Part shown: one piece after another, positions 55,948 through 64,000 of the stretch
Position numbering within the stretch: the first letter of the stretch is position 1
How the letters are laid out: every line of letters starts with the position of its first letter
Program-made: the position numbers and the translations under genes
DNA from: an uncultured Verrucomicrobiae bacterium
Lineage (GTDB): Bacteria > Verrucomicrobiota > Verrucomicrobiia > Chthoniobacterales > JAFAMB01
Length of the DNA stretch: 64,000 bases
Direction: 5' to 3'
Assembly: GCA_963837955.1 (NCBI GenBank)
Contig: CAWIPH010000002.1
Span: 2,912,001 to 2,976,000 of the forward strand
The notes under the pieces: generated by a model
The model's input: the letters and a program-made list of their open reading frames with translations, nothing else
The model's database searches: none
Told to the model about the DNA's origin: nothing

Positions 55948-56793
55948 ATGCGCACTCATTTACTTCCTCCGAGGAACTCGCTCAGTTTCAGACTGGCTCT
56001 CCTGAGCACATTCTTGCTCTTGGGCACTACTGCCCGCTCTGAAGATTTCGCGTCTTCGGCGAAGATCGTTACGCAAACCGAACGCGCGTTTTCGTCTCGT
56101 TGCGCTGAGATAGGAATCCGCGATTCTTTCCTCGAGTATTTCTCTTCGGATGCAATCCATTTCGAGCCCGGACCCCGTTTGGCGCGCCCGGACCTTGAGC
56201 ATGAAGCAGCCTCAGTGATGCCTCGATTGACCTGGGAGCCAAAAATTGTTCGGGTCGCCAGCTCCGCCGAACTAGCCGTAAGTACCGGCCCATACGTCCT
56301 GGAAGGCAAAACGGGGAAGCAGTCGTTCGGCTATTTTCTTTCAATCTGGAAGAAGCAATCTGACGGGAAGTGGAGAGTGGCGGCTGATATTGGCGTTCCC
56401 GCTTCAAAATCTTCCGATCTCGCGGAAGATTTCCAGGCCTACGATGTTTCGTCTGCTTCCGGCCCACCTGACTTTTTGGAGCTTCTGACTTTTGAGCGCG
56501 AGCAATTCAGCCGAGGCGTCGAAACAGCAAAGACCTATCAATCTGTCATCCTTCCGGAAACCGTGTTTGAGAGAGCTGATTTGCCGTTGATGGCGGGAGA
56601 GAGCGCTTATCAGCCGTTCTTGGCTACGCTGCAGACGAAACGAACGCAGCTCGCCCAGGCTGGCGCGAATATCTCCGGCAATCTCGGATTTACTTACGGA
56701 ACAGAAGAAGGCGCCGGATATTATCTGCGAGTCTGGATCTGGAGTCAGCAGCGCTGGCGATTACTTTTCGACGTGCTCGCCAACATGGAATGA
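55948..56793 (+). CDS. Exported protein with tandem NTF2-like (DUF4440-like) domains
   Basis: ERAF...LTWEP...STGPY...YFLSIWKKQSDGKWRVAADIG; second domain GFTYG..YLRVW..WRLLFDV. Confidence 0.75.
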   Translation: MRTHLLPPRNSLSFRLALLSTFLLLGTTARSEDFASSAKIVTQTERAFSSRCAEIGIRDSFLEYFSSDAIHFEPGPRLARPDLEHEAASVMPRLTWEPKIVRVASSAELAVSTGPYVLEGKTGKQSFGYFLSIWKKQSDGKWRVAADIGVPASKSSDLAEDFQAYDVSSASGPPDFLELLTFEREQFSRGVETAKTYQSVILPETVFERADLPLMAGESAYQPFLATLQTKRTQLAQAGANISGNLGFTYGTEEGAGYYLRVWIWSQQRWRLLFDVLANME

Positions 56794-56826
56794 GCTTAGG
56801 CAAAGCCGGTTCACTGAGAACCGCCA

Positions 56827-56904
56827 GTAGCCTGATGCTCCGGCCTCAGGAAGGGCATTGGTGATTGGTGATGTAGCCTGATGCTCCAGCATTAGGCTAC
56901 TTTT
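56827..56904. repeat. Two GTAG-type REP-like elements; the second is a 28-bp palindrome followed by a T run (terminator-like)
   Basis: GTAGCCTGATGCTCCGGCCTCAGG identical to 4932-4955; GTAGCCTGATGCTCCAGCATTAGGCTAC at 56873-56900. Confidence 0.75.
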
Positions 56905-56908
56905 CGCC

Positions 56909-57916
56909 TCAATGATTATCCGAGTTGTCGGGATCCTTAGGTTTCGTTCCCATGATTTCGTCGATTCGCTCGAGAATCTCGGGCGTCAACTTTTCTGCAG
57001 CACTGGAAGCAGTCAGATTCTCTTCGAGCTGCGCGACTTTCGACGCTCCAAGGATCACCGTACTTACATGGGGATTCTTCAGGCACCAAGCGATCGACAG
57101 AACCGACTGAGGAACGCCAAGCTTCTTCGCAAACTCACCAAGCTTGCGCACCTTTTCCAGCCTTTCCGGCTTGAGGACCCACTCACGCAACCAACCATAG
57201 CGCTCAAGACTCAATCGGGCGTCAGCCGGGTTTCCTTGGTTGTATTTTCCAGTCAGCAGTCCACTGGCCAAGGGTGACCAGATCGTGGTCCCGAGACCGA
57301 TCGTGTCGTAAAGCCGGGCATACTCGAGCTCGACCTTATGGCGCTGCAAAAGATTGTAGTATGGCTGTTCCATGGTCGGCGGCACCAGGTGGTATTCTCG
57401 AGCGACCTCGTGCGCCTCCATGATTTCTTGAGCGCTCCAGACGCTTGTTCCCCAGTACACTACCTTGCCTTGAGCAATCAGATCGGACATTATCCGGACA
57501 GTCTCTTCGATCGGAGTTTCCGGATCAGGCCGATGACAGAAAAAGAGGTCTAGATAGTCGACCTGGAGTCGGCGCAAAGCGCCGTGACACGCTTCGAAAA
57601 CGTGTTTGCGGCTCAATCCGTACTGATTGGGCTTTTGCGGTTGCTTGGCTGAGCCAAAGAACACCTTGCTGGAGACCAAAAAAGTGTCGCGAGGCCATGC
57701 GAGCTTGCTAAGGATCTTGCCCATAACGATTTCCGACTGGCCGGAAGCATAGCCCTCAGCGTTGTCGAAGAAGTTAATGCCTCCTTCGTACGCCTTAATC
57801 ATCAAATCTTCCGCTACGTCATCGGAGATCTGATCACCAAATGTGACCCAAGAACCCAAAGAGAGCTCGCTTACCTTCACTCCTGCTTTACCTAATCTGC
57901 GGTAATTCATAGTCAT
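56909..57916 (-). CDS. Aldo/keto reductase (Kv-beta/KCNAB-like subfamily)
   Basis: YRRLGKAGVKVSELSLGSW, FFDNAEGY, GLSRKH, YWGTS, WSPLASGLLTGKY. Confidence 0.93.
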   Translation of the reverse strand: MTMNYRRLGKAGVKVSELSLGSWVTFGDQISDDVAEDLMIKAYEGGINFFDNAEGYASGQSEIVMGKILSKLAWPRDTFLVSSKVFFGSAKQPQKPNQYGLSRKHVFEACHGALRRLQVDYLDLFFCHRPDPETPIEETVRIMSDLIAQGKVVYWGTSVWSAQEIMEAHEVAREYHLVPPTMEQPYYNLLQRHKVELEYARLYDTIGLGTTIWSPLASGLLTGKYNQGNPADARLSLERYGWLREWVLKPERLEKVRKLGEFAKKLGVPQSVLSIAWCLKNPHVSTVILGASKVAQLEENLTASSAAEKLTPEILERIDEIMGTKPKDPDNSDNH

Positions 57917-58023
57917 AACACCCTTGCACGAGTCTCCGGTCGCTGCAGCTAGGAAACGAAAGTGAAGCGACCACAAGGTTTGAATTCTCTAATCAAAGCC
58001 CACGTCAAACCAATTGGAGGCCT

Positions 58024-58419
58024 ATGCGAATTCTTTCTCCGATCCTTTCCCTGTTGCTGCTTGCTTCGATGCATGCCGGTGCCCAGAGCGCACCGTTGCT
58101 TAAGTTTAACATGACGAAAGCTGACCGGACTCGAGTGATTTATGAATTTCGAGTTCCGGCTAATATTGAAGTTAGCGCCCTTGCCGACACAGCAGAGGCT
58201 CAGCATAAAGCGGGTGTGACCGCTTTAACCTGGGCCCAAAGTTTTTACGGTGCCCACGACGTCTTTTTACAATCAGTCGATTTCAAACCGGAGCCGATCC
58301 CTCACTACGTCGCTTCGTTCAATGGTCAGATTGGAACTTTCCGCCAGGCTTTCTTTGCGGTGATACTGGGTTCCGGGACGCCGCTGGAGCCACTGGAAAT
58401 GCATGTCCTGACCCAATGA
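58024..58419 (+). CDS. Hypothetical exported protein
   Basis: Signal peptide MRILSPILSLLLLASMHAGA; GGAGG RBS. Confidence 0.65.
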   Translation: MRILSPILSLLLLASMHAGAQSAPLLKFNMTKADRTRVIYEFRVPANIEVSALADTAEAQHKAGVTALTWAQSFYGAHDVFLQSVDFKPEPIPHYVASFNGQIGTFRQAFFAVILGSGTPLEPLEMHVLTQ

Positions 58420-58442
58420 GCAGGTCACCGAGACAACCTGGC

Positions 58443-59898
58443 TCAGCTTCGAACGTTCGAAATGTTCACCTGCACAGATCCGGTTTGCTTGCGGCCGGCT
58501 AATTCTTCGCCAGCATATTCGGGCAAACGCGCAAAACTAAAGGTTGCCAGAAACGAAATAGCGCCTACCACCAGAAATGCAGGCCAAAAATCTGCCGGCG
58601 TCAGCGTCGGGCTACCCCGCAGCGCCAGCGTCAACTGCAGCACTGAAGCTCCGACGGTAACCCCCATACTGAGTGAGAACTGCTGCAACACACTTTGCAG
58701 ACTCGTCGCCGCACTCATTTTGGCCGGTTCGATTTCTGCATAGCTGATAGCGTTGATACAAGTAAACTCTAGTGATCGAAAAAATCCTCCCACAAATAGA
58801 ATTGCCACCATCAAAGGAATCGGCATATCCGGAGTAAATGCGGCCGGTGCGGCTACCAGGATGGCCGACACGACGGAGTTGAAAATCAGAACTCTTCGAA
58901 AACCCCATCTTCGCAGGATGCTGCCGGCGGCAGTCTTCATTCCAATTGCGCCAAGCGCGGTCACAAACGTCAAAAGGCCCGATCGGAGCGGGCTGAAACC
59001 AAAGCCCAGCTGTAACAACAGCGGTAACAATAGCGGGACCGCGCCGACTCCAATACGAAAAAGTGAACCGCCCACTGCACCGGCCCGAAAGGTTGGATAC
59101 CGGAACAGATCAAGATCAAGTATAGGAGCCGCTGTACGTCGAGCGTGCCGGACGTATAGCGCGATGCCAGCCAACCCTACCAGGAATAGGCCGACAACCA
59201 GCAGCGGCGAGACGGCGTTCGCGTCAAGGGCAGCGAAGGCAGATACCAACGCTGATAGACCAAGTCCCGAAAGCAAAAATCCGGGAAAGTCGAATGGCGC
59301 AACCTCCTCGCCGAACACGTCTGGGATAAAAAGAGTGGCCAGGATCAAGCCGAGAGCAGCGATCGGAAGATTGATCCAAAAGATCCAACGCCAAGTAAAA
59401 ACGGTCGTGATAAATCCACCGACCGGTGGACCAATCACCGGTCCGATCAGCGCGGGAATCGTAAGCCAGGCGAGCGCGCCGACGATCTCAGAACGCGGTA
59501 CGGTTCGAAGAATTACTAAGCGTCCGACCGGGACCATCATCGCTCCCCCCACTCCTTGTAATGCGCGAGCCGCTACCAGCCAGCCGATTGAATTCGCGAA
59601 TGCACAACAGGCCGAACCAATTGCGAAGATAACGATGGCAAGCCGAAAAATGAGCCGTGCGCCAAATCGATCCGCAAACCACCCGGACGCCGGGAATAAA
59701 AACCGCCAGCGTCACCAGATACGATGTGAGAGCCAATTTCAGTTGAATTGGATCCACCTGAAGATCCTTGGCGATCGCCGGCAACGCGGTCGAGAGAACG
59801 GTCGCATCGAGGTTCTCCATGAACAAAGCACAGGCCACGATCAATGGCACTAGGACGCGAAGCGGCAACCGTTTTCCCAATTGAGAAAAATCGTGCAT
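58443..59898 (-). CDS. DHA2/EmrB-like MFS efflux transporter; +1 frameshift near 59690
   Basis: ACALFMENLDATVLSTALPAIA..YLVTLAVFIP; removing one base restores ASGWFADRFGAR and joins ORF 58443..59552 (GGAMMVPVGR, WRWIFWINLP). Confidence 0.85.
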
Positions 59899-60256
59899 GG
59901 CGGGAAAGGAAATTGCCGCGCGATCGTGAATAAGCAACCGGTTAAGCTGCGCTTACCGGACTGTTCGCTCACCGGTGGCTTAAGCTGCTCGCCAAATAAC
60001 CGATTTCGATATTAAGTCCCACTGGTACAAAAGGTTATATTTTATGGTACTAGCGTTAGTTAGTGCTAACACACAGCTTTTTTTCTTTTGCCAAGCTCCC
60101 GATTTTAGCGCTTAACGACGAGTGTCGCCAATCCTTTGCTGGAGCGGAGTGGCGAGGAGATTACAAAGCTTTCATCTACTTTCACTTTACAACAAAGAAA
60201 TTTAGAACCAGCAGTAACGTGTTATTCGATCATGGATCGATCCTTAACGATGTAAT

Positions 60257-60889
60257 ATGAAGAAAATAATTGCCTTAGCCGTTGTCGGCTTTACGTCACA
60301 AGCCATAACCGGATTCGCAGGAGAACCTGTTGTACCCTCAAAAGAAGTAATAACTCCACCCGCACCTATCCAAGAACTTTACCGAGCGAATGAATGGCAG
60401 CTCGATCTGTTCGGTGCCTATGCACCGGCCGGCAAACATGGTAGCCGGTACCTCGGAGACCATGCCTGGGGCGGAGGCGCAGATATCAACTACTTCGTCA
60501 CGAAGTACTTTGGCCTAGGTTTAGAGGGAGACATTTTACGTGGCACGGGTGCTGTGCATTCCGGCGACGTCAGCGGCCAGTTCGCACTGAACGGGTTGGT
60601 CCGCTATCCCATCGGCAATTCCGGATGGGCGCCTTACGCATTTGCCGGGATCGGTGGGTTTGTTCCTGGGCAGAATTCAAACTTTTTCGAAACTGTCACC
60701 AACGGGGTGAGCCGAACAATCCGACAAAACAATCAAGACGATATCCTTTTGGAGGGTCACTTCGGCGGCGGACTCGAGTATCGTTTCAATCGGCACGTCG
60801 GAGTATTTGCGGACGGTCGCTACGAGATCGTAGATAAATCCAAAAATAACTTCGGTCTCGTCCGTACAGGCGTTCGGTTCGCGTTCTGA
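60257..60889 (+). CDS. Small outer-membrane beta-barrel / porin family protein
   Basis: Signal peptide, GEPVVPSKEV, APYAFAGIG, GGGLEYRF, terminal VRFAF. Confidence 0.85.
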   Translation: MKKIIALAVVGFTSQAITGFAGEPVVPSKEVITPPAPIQELYRANEWQLDLFGAYAPAGKHGSRYLGDHAWGGGADINYFVTKYFGLGLEGDILRGTGAVHSGDVSGQFALNGLVRYPIGNSGWAPYAFAGIGGFVPGQNSNFFETVTNGVSRTIRQNNQDDILLEGHFGGGLEYRFNRHVGVFADGRYEIVDKSKNNFGLVRTGVRFAF

Positions 60890-60919
60890 TCGCGCTAAAA
60901 GCGACCATAAACTCAAGCG

Positions 60920-60950
60920 ATGGCCAACCATACGTACGGTGGTTGGCCAT
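60920..60950. terminator. Strong hairpin between convergent genes
   Basis: ATGGCCAACCAT-N7-GTGGTTGGCCAT; no U-tract, so function uncertain. Confidence 0.45.
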
Positions 60951-61080
60951 TCCGCTGGCACGACGAAAAGCCGGCGCGCTTTGCCGCTCGTTCAGAACTT
61001 TGGAGCGCCGATCTTAAATCATGCTGGGTGAAAATCCTGCCCGATCGAGAGAAATTAGGGGCTGCTTAATGAGCTAGAGC

Positions 61081-61722
61081 CTAGCCGGAATACCATAGCA
61101 CGGCGCAAAAATGGCAAACGGTTCCAGCGAGTACGAAAAGATGCCACACAAGATGGCCGAAACGAATACGCTTATACGCATAAAAAATGGTGCCGACGGT
61201 ATACGCGATGCCGCCAGCCCCGATCAGAATTAATCCGGTCGGAGCGACATGATACCAAAACAGGCGGCCGGCCAGGATTGCGACCCACCCTAGCGCGAGA
61301 CAGAAACAGATGTTGGCGATCCGGTATTTCAAGCCACCACACACAATGAAAACGATGCCCGAAATCGCTAACGTCCAGATTGCAGCGAAGAGCGTCCATC
61401 CCCAAAAGCCACGCAAGGCACCGAGCAGGAACGGCGTGTAGGTGCCAGCGATTAAGAGAAAGATTGCGGCGTGATCGAACACACGGAAAATTTGCTTCAG
61501 TTGTCCATGACGCGTGATGTGATAAAGCGTAGAAAAAAAGTATAGCGAGAACACCGCGGTCCCGAAAACTACAGCGCCAGCTAGGGCAAAGCCGCTGCCT
61601 CGACCGACCGCCGACAGGATTAGTATCGGAATACCGACAATTGCAGCAAGCAAGCCGACCCCGTGGCTAATACAGTTGGCTATTTCTTCAGCCATTGATT
61701 GTACGTGCTCTGCCTTTGTCAT
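61081..61722 (-). CDS. Hemolysin III / PAQR-family membrane protein
   Basis: EEIANCISHG, STLYH, DHAAIFLLIAGTYTPF, HLVWHLFVLAG. Confidence 0.93.
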   Translation of the reverse strand: MTKAEHVQSMAEEIANCISHGVGLLAAIVGIPILILSAVGRGSGFALAGAVVFGTAVFSLYFFSTLYHITRHGQLKQIFRVFDHAAIFLLIAGTYTPFLLGALRGFWGWTLFAAIWTLAISGIVFIVCGGLKYRIANICFCLALGWVAILAGRLFWYHVAPTGLILIGAGGIAYTVGTIFYAYKRIRFGHLVWHLFVLAGTVCHFCAVLWYSG

Positions 61723-61821
61723 TTGAAATCGGATATTTCCACACGACGGCAACACAAGCGACCTCATTTTAGCGTACGAGCGTCTGCTCGACTTCCCGAA
61801 AACACCGCTTAGCTTCAACTC

Positions 61822-62754
61822 ATGGCAAGGATCGCATCAACTAAACTCGAAGTATTTCCATTGGCACTGGGTGGCAACGTTTTTGGTTGGACCGCCGATG
61901 AGAAAACGTCCTTCGCCGTCCTGGATGCCTATGCGACCGCGGGCGGTAATTTCATCGATACGGCTGATGTCTATTCAGCTTGGGCACCCGGCAACTCAGG
62001 CGGCGAATCCGAAACGATCATCGGGCGTTGGCTCAAGGATCGGGGCAATCGACAAAGGATGATTATCGCTACGAAAGTCGGCATGCATCCAAAGTTGTCC
62101 GGCTTATCGGCTCGCACGATCCATTCAGCCGCCGAAGAGTCTTTGCGGCGCCTGCAAACTGATTACATCGACCTGTATTTTGCGCATGTGGATGACGAAA
62201 GCACGCCATTCGAAGAGACGCTTGGGGCATTCGACCAACTTATCCAGGATGGCAAGATCCGCTACGTTGCGGCATCGAACTATTCAGCTGCTCGATTGCA
62301 AGACGCTTTAGCGACATCCGATCGCGAAGGCTTCGCGCGGTACGTTGCGCTTCAGCAACATTATAACCTGGTTGAACGGGATAAGTATGAAGGCGAGTTA
62401 GCCGATCTGGTCGCTCGGGAAGGCTTATCGTCAATCCCCTATTTTGCTGTAGCCTCAGGCTTCCTTACTGGAAAGTACCGGCCGGGCGCGAAAGTTGAAA
62501 GCCAACGAGCGGAAAGAGCTGGAGCGTATCTGAACGACAAGGGACTCAGAATCCTAGCGGTTCTGGACGAGGTTGCAGCTGCCCACGACGCTCCGGTGGC
62601 CTCGGTAGCTCTGGCCTGGCTCGCCGCTCAGCCGACGGTCGTCGCACCAATCGCCAGCGCTCGAACTCCAGATCAGTTGCCCGAACTTTTGCGGGTCGCT
62701 GATCTAAGGCTGACCAAAGACGAGTTGCACCGATTATCGGCAGCGAGCGCGTAG
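61822..62754 (+). CDS. Aldo/keto reductase
   Basis: LALGGNVFGW, FIDTADVY, IATKVG, SLRRLQTDYIDLY, GFLTGKY, PIASA. Confidence 0.93.
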   Translation: MARIASTKLEVFPLALGGNVFGWTADEKTSFAVLDAYATAGGNFIDTADVYSAWAPGNSGGESETIIGRWLKDRGNRQRMIIATKVGMHPKLSGLSARTIHSAAEESLRRLQTDYIDLYFAHVDDESTPFEETLGAFDQLIQDGKIRYVAASNYSAARLQDALATSDREGFARYVALQQHYNLVERDKYEGELADLVAREGLSSIPYFAVASGFLTGKYRPGAKVESQRAERAGAYLNDKGLRILAVLDEVAAAHDAPVASVALAWLAAQPTVVAPIASARTPDQLPELLRVADLRLTKDELHRLSAASA

Positions 62755-62765
62755 GAAACGTTGGT

Positions 62766-62950
62766 AACGCCGGGATCGCCGGGATCGCCGACAACGCTTG
62801 AACACCGACAACGTCCTGGATTCCGCTCGGCGGGAGCCGGCCCTGCCGTTTTGCGTCTCCCGCATTCAGTATTCCCACCTACCTTTCACTTCTCACCGTT
62901 CACCCGTTCCCGGCGATGACGGCGTTCCCGGCGTTCCCGGCGCTCCCGGG
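62766..62950. repeat. Composite 9-mer element, inverted relative of 36023-36276
   Basis: GCCGGGA units on the left, TCCCGGC units on the right, core matching the reverse complement of 36073-36182. Confidence 0.75.
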
Positions 62951-62991
62951 CGTCTGCTCGACTTCCCAAAAAGACCGCTTAGCTTCAACTC

Positions 62992-63237
62992 ATGGCAAGG
63001 ATCGCATCAACCAAACTCGAGGTATTTCCATTGCCATTGGGTGACAACGTTTTTGGTTGGACTGCCGATGAGAAAACGTCCTACGCCGGCCTGGATGCCT
63101 ATGCGGCCGCGGGCGGTAATTTCATCGACGCCGCTGATGTCTACTCAGGTTGGGCGCTCGACAATTCCGGTGGTGAATCAGAAACGATTATCGGGCGCTG
63201 GCTCAAGGATAACGGCGATTCCTCATCTGATGCTTGA
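62992..63237 (+). pseudogene. Truncated duplicate of the 5' end of the adjacent aldo/keto reductase
   Basis: 62950-63210 duplicates 61780-62040 including 42 bp of upstream DNA; G->D in GGN, T->A in DTA; homology ends at WLKD. Confidence 0.85.
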
Positions 63238-64000
63238 TTTGGTTCGACTTCTTTTGGCGTTGCTAGTCCTATTCTCGCATCTGTCGGGCCAGGAAAACTG
63301 CGAGCACTTCGGGACCTACGCTGTATTCGGATTTTACATTATCAGTGGTTACCTGATTACCGCCGTCAGTCGAAGTACTTACAATCTCTCTTTCCGGGGG
63401 GGTGGAGCTTTCCTATTGAATCGGTTCTTGCGTATTTATCCTGCCTACTACGCCGTGACTATTCTTTCACTTTGCGCAGTTCTCGTTTTCGGTGACCGAG
63501 CGGCGCAATTCAATTCCTCGCTGCAAGTCCCAAGAACTCCCGCGGAGATCCTTAGTAACCTGCTGATTCTTCCTTTGCTTCCAACGGGCTCGATAAGATT
63601 GATCCCGCCGTCATGGTCGCTGGCAGTCGAACTCGTTTACTATCTCGTGTTGTGGTTATTGTTATCCCGTTCTTTTCGGCTGGCTCTTGCAGCGGGGGTT
63701 CTCGGATCGGTTTACACTCTAGGTCTCGTTCTCGTAGGCGCTTCCTGGTATCATCGATATTTCGATCTGAAACCGAGCCTTCTTCCTTTCGCGATCGGAG
63801 CTTGTCTTTATTTTATGAAAGAGCGCAGTTTGCTCCGACAGGTCCGACCTTGGACTTTTCTGGCCGCATTGGTCTTTTTCACTCTGAATCTCGCCCTGAC
63901 GATGCTCTTGCCAATGGAACAACGAATGGCAGCTCCGTTCTATCTGAACTTGTTGATCATCACATTTCTGATTGCCGGCGCGCTGCACGTGCAGATCGAA
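63230..64000 (+). CDS. Acyltransferase 3 family (OafA-like O-acetyltransferase), 3' end outside window
   Basis: Not in the ORF track. Manual translation MLDLVRLLLALLVLFSH...AVFGFYIISGYLIT...FLLNRFLRIYPAY...IPPSWSLAVELVYY. Confidence 0.85.
   Translation, partial: MLDLVRLLLALLVLFSHLSGQENCEHFGTYAVFGFYIISGYLITAVSRSTYNLSFRGGGAFLLNRFLRIYPAYYAVTILSLCAVLVFGDRAAQFNSSLQVPRTPAEILSNLLILPLLPTGSIRLIPPSWSLAVELVYYLVLWLLLSRSFRLALAAGVLGSVYTLGLVLVGASWYHRYFDLKPSLLPFAIGACLYFMKERSLLRQVRPWTFLAALVFFTLNLALTMLLPMEQRMAAPFYLNLLIITFLIAGALHVQIE

Noticed and set aside
58753..59853. 366-aa plus-strand ORF and similar long antisense ORFs (e.g. 4999..5610, 13768..14340, 26867..27439)
   Set aside because: Shadow frames antisense to well-supported genes, with no independent motifs
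63396..63402. Phase-variable G tract in the O-acyltransferase
   Set aside because: Only G7 and in frame; too short to claim phase variation without read evidence

Overview
Bacterial DNA, probably from a soil Verrucomicrobiota (Chthoniobacterales-like) genome; this is inferred from the porin family, the PSPTP linkers, the repeat types and a kinase-associated ECF sigma. Four regions stand out. (1) 2.9-24.5 kb: a ~22 kb uptake and catabolism island for a nitrogen heterocycle, with four sigma54-type promoters in two divergent pairs. It encodes a TonB receptor, a BMP-type ABC transporter split between the two ends, three metal amidohydrolases (one an enamidase read in-frame with a DUF1989 domain), a nitrilase-family enzyme, an isochorismatase, an ALDH, a class II aldolase, an AA_synth protein, a CrtI-like FAD oxidoreductase and an O-methyltransferase. 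(2) 24.6-38.6 kb: a trans-envelope Ser/Thr phosphosignalling cluster (3 kinases, 2 PP2C, 4 FHA proteins including trypsin-TM-FHA and vWA-TM-FHA, an exported Ppx/GppA-fold protein, an ECF sigma) with no secretion system in view. (3) 39.4-46.3 kb: an exported TPR-CHAT (caspase-like) protease divergent from an atypical long sigma factor and a double zinc-finger anti-sigma, beside a HEXXH membrane protease; this is a candidate proteolytic sigma-activation system. (4) 47-64 kb: mostly ordinary genes (MFS, M61 peptidase, cbpAM, duplicated OM barrels, AKRs, hemolysin III, acyltransferase). Intergenic DNA carries several repeat families: a 32x9-bp array and related composite elements, GTAG-type REPs, heptamer repeats and a MITE-like foldback. 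At least four single-base frameshifts suggest assembly indel errors, so fusion and pseudogene calls need read-level checks. No rRNA, tRNA, CRISPR array or transposase was recognised. All family assignments come from motif recognition by eye; no database searches were run.
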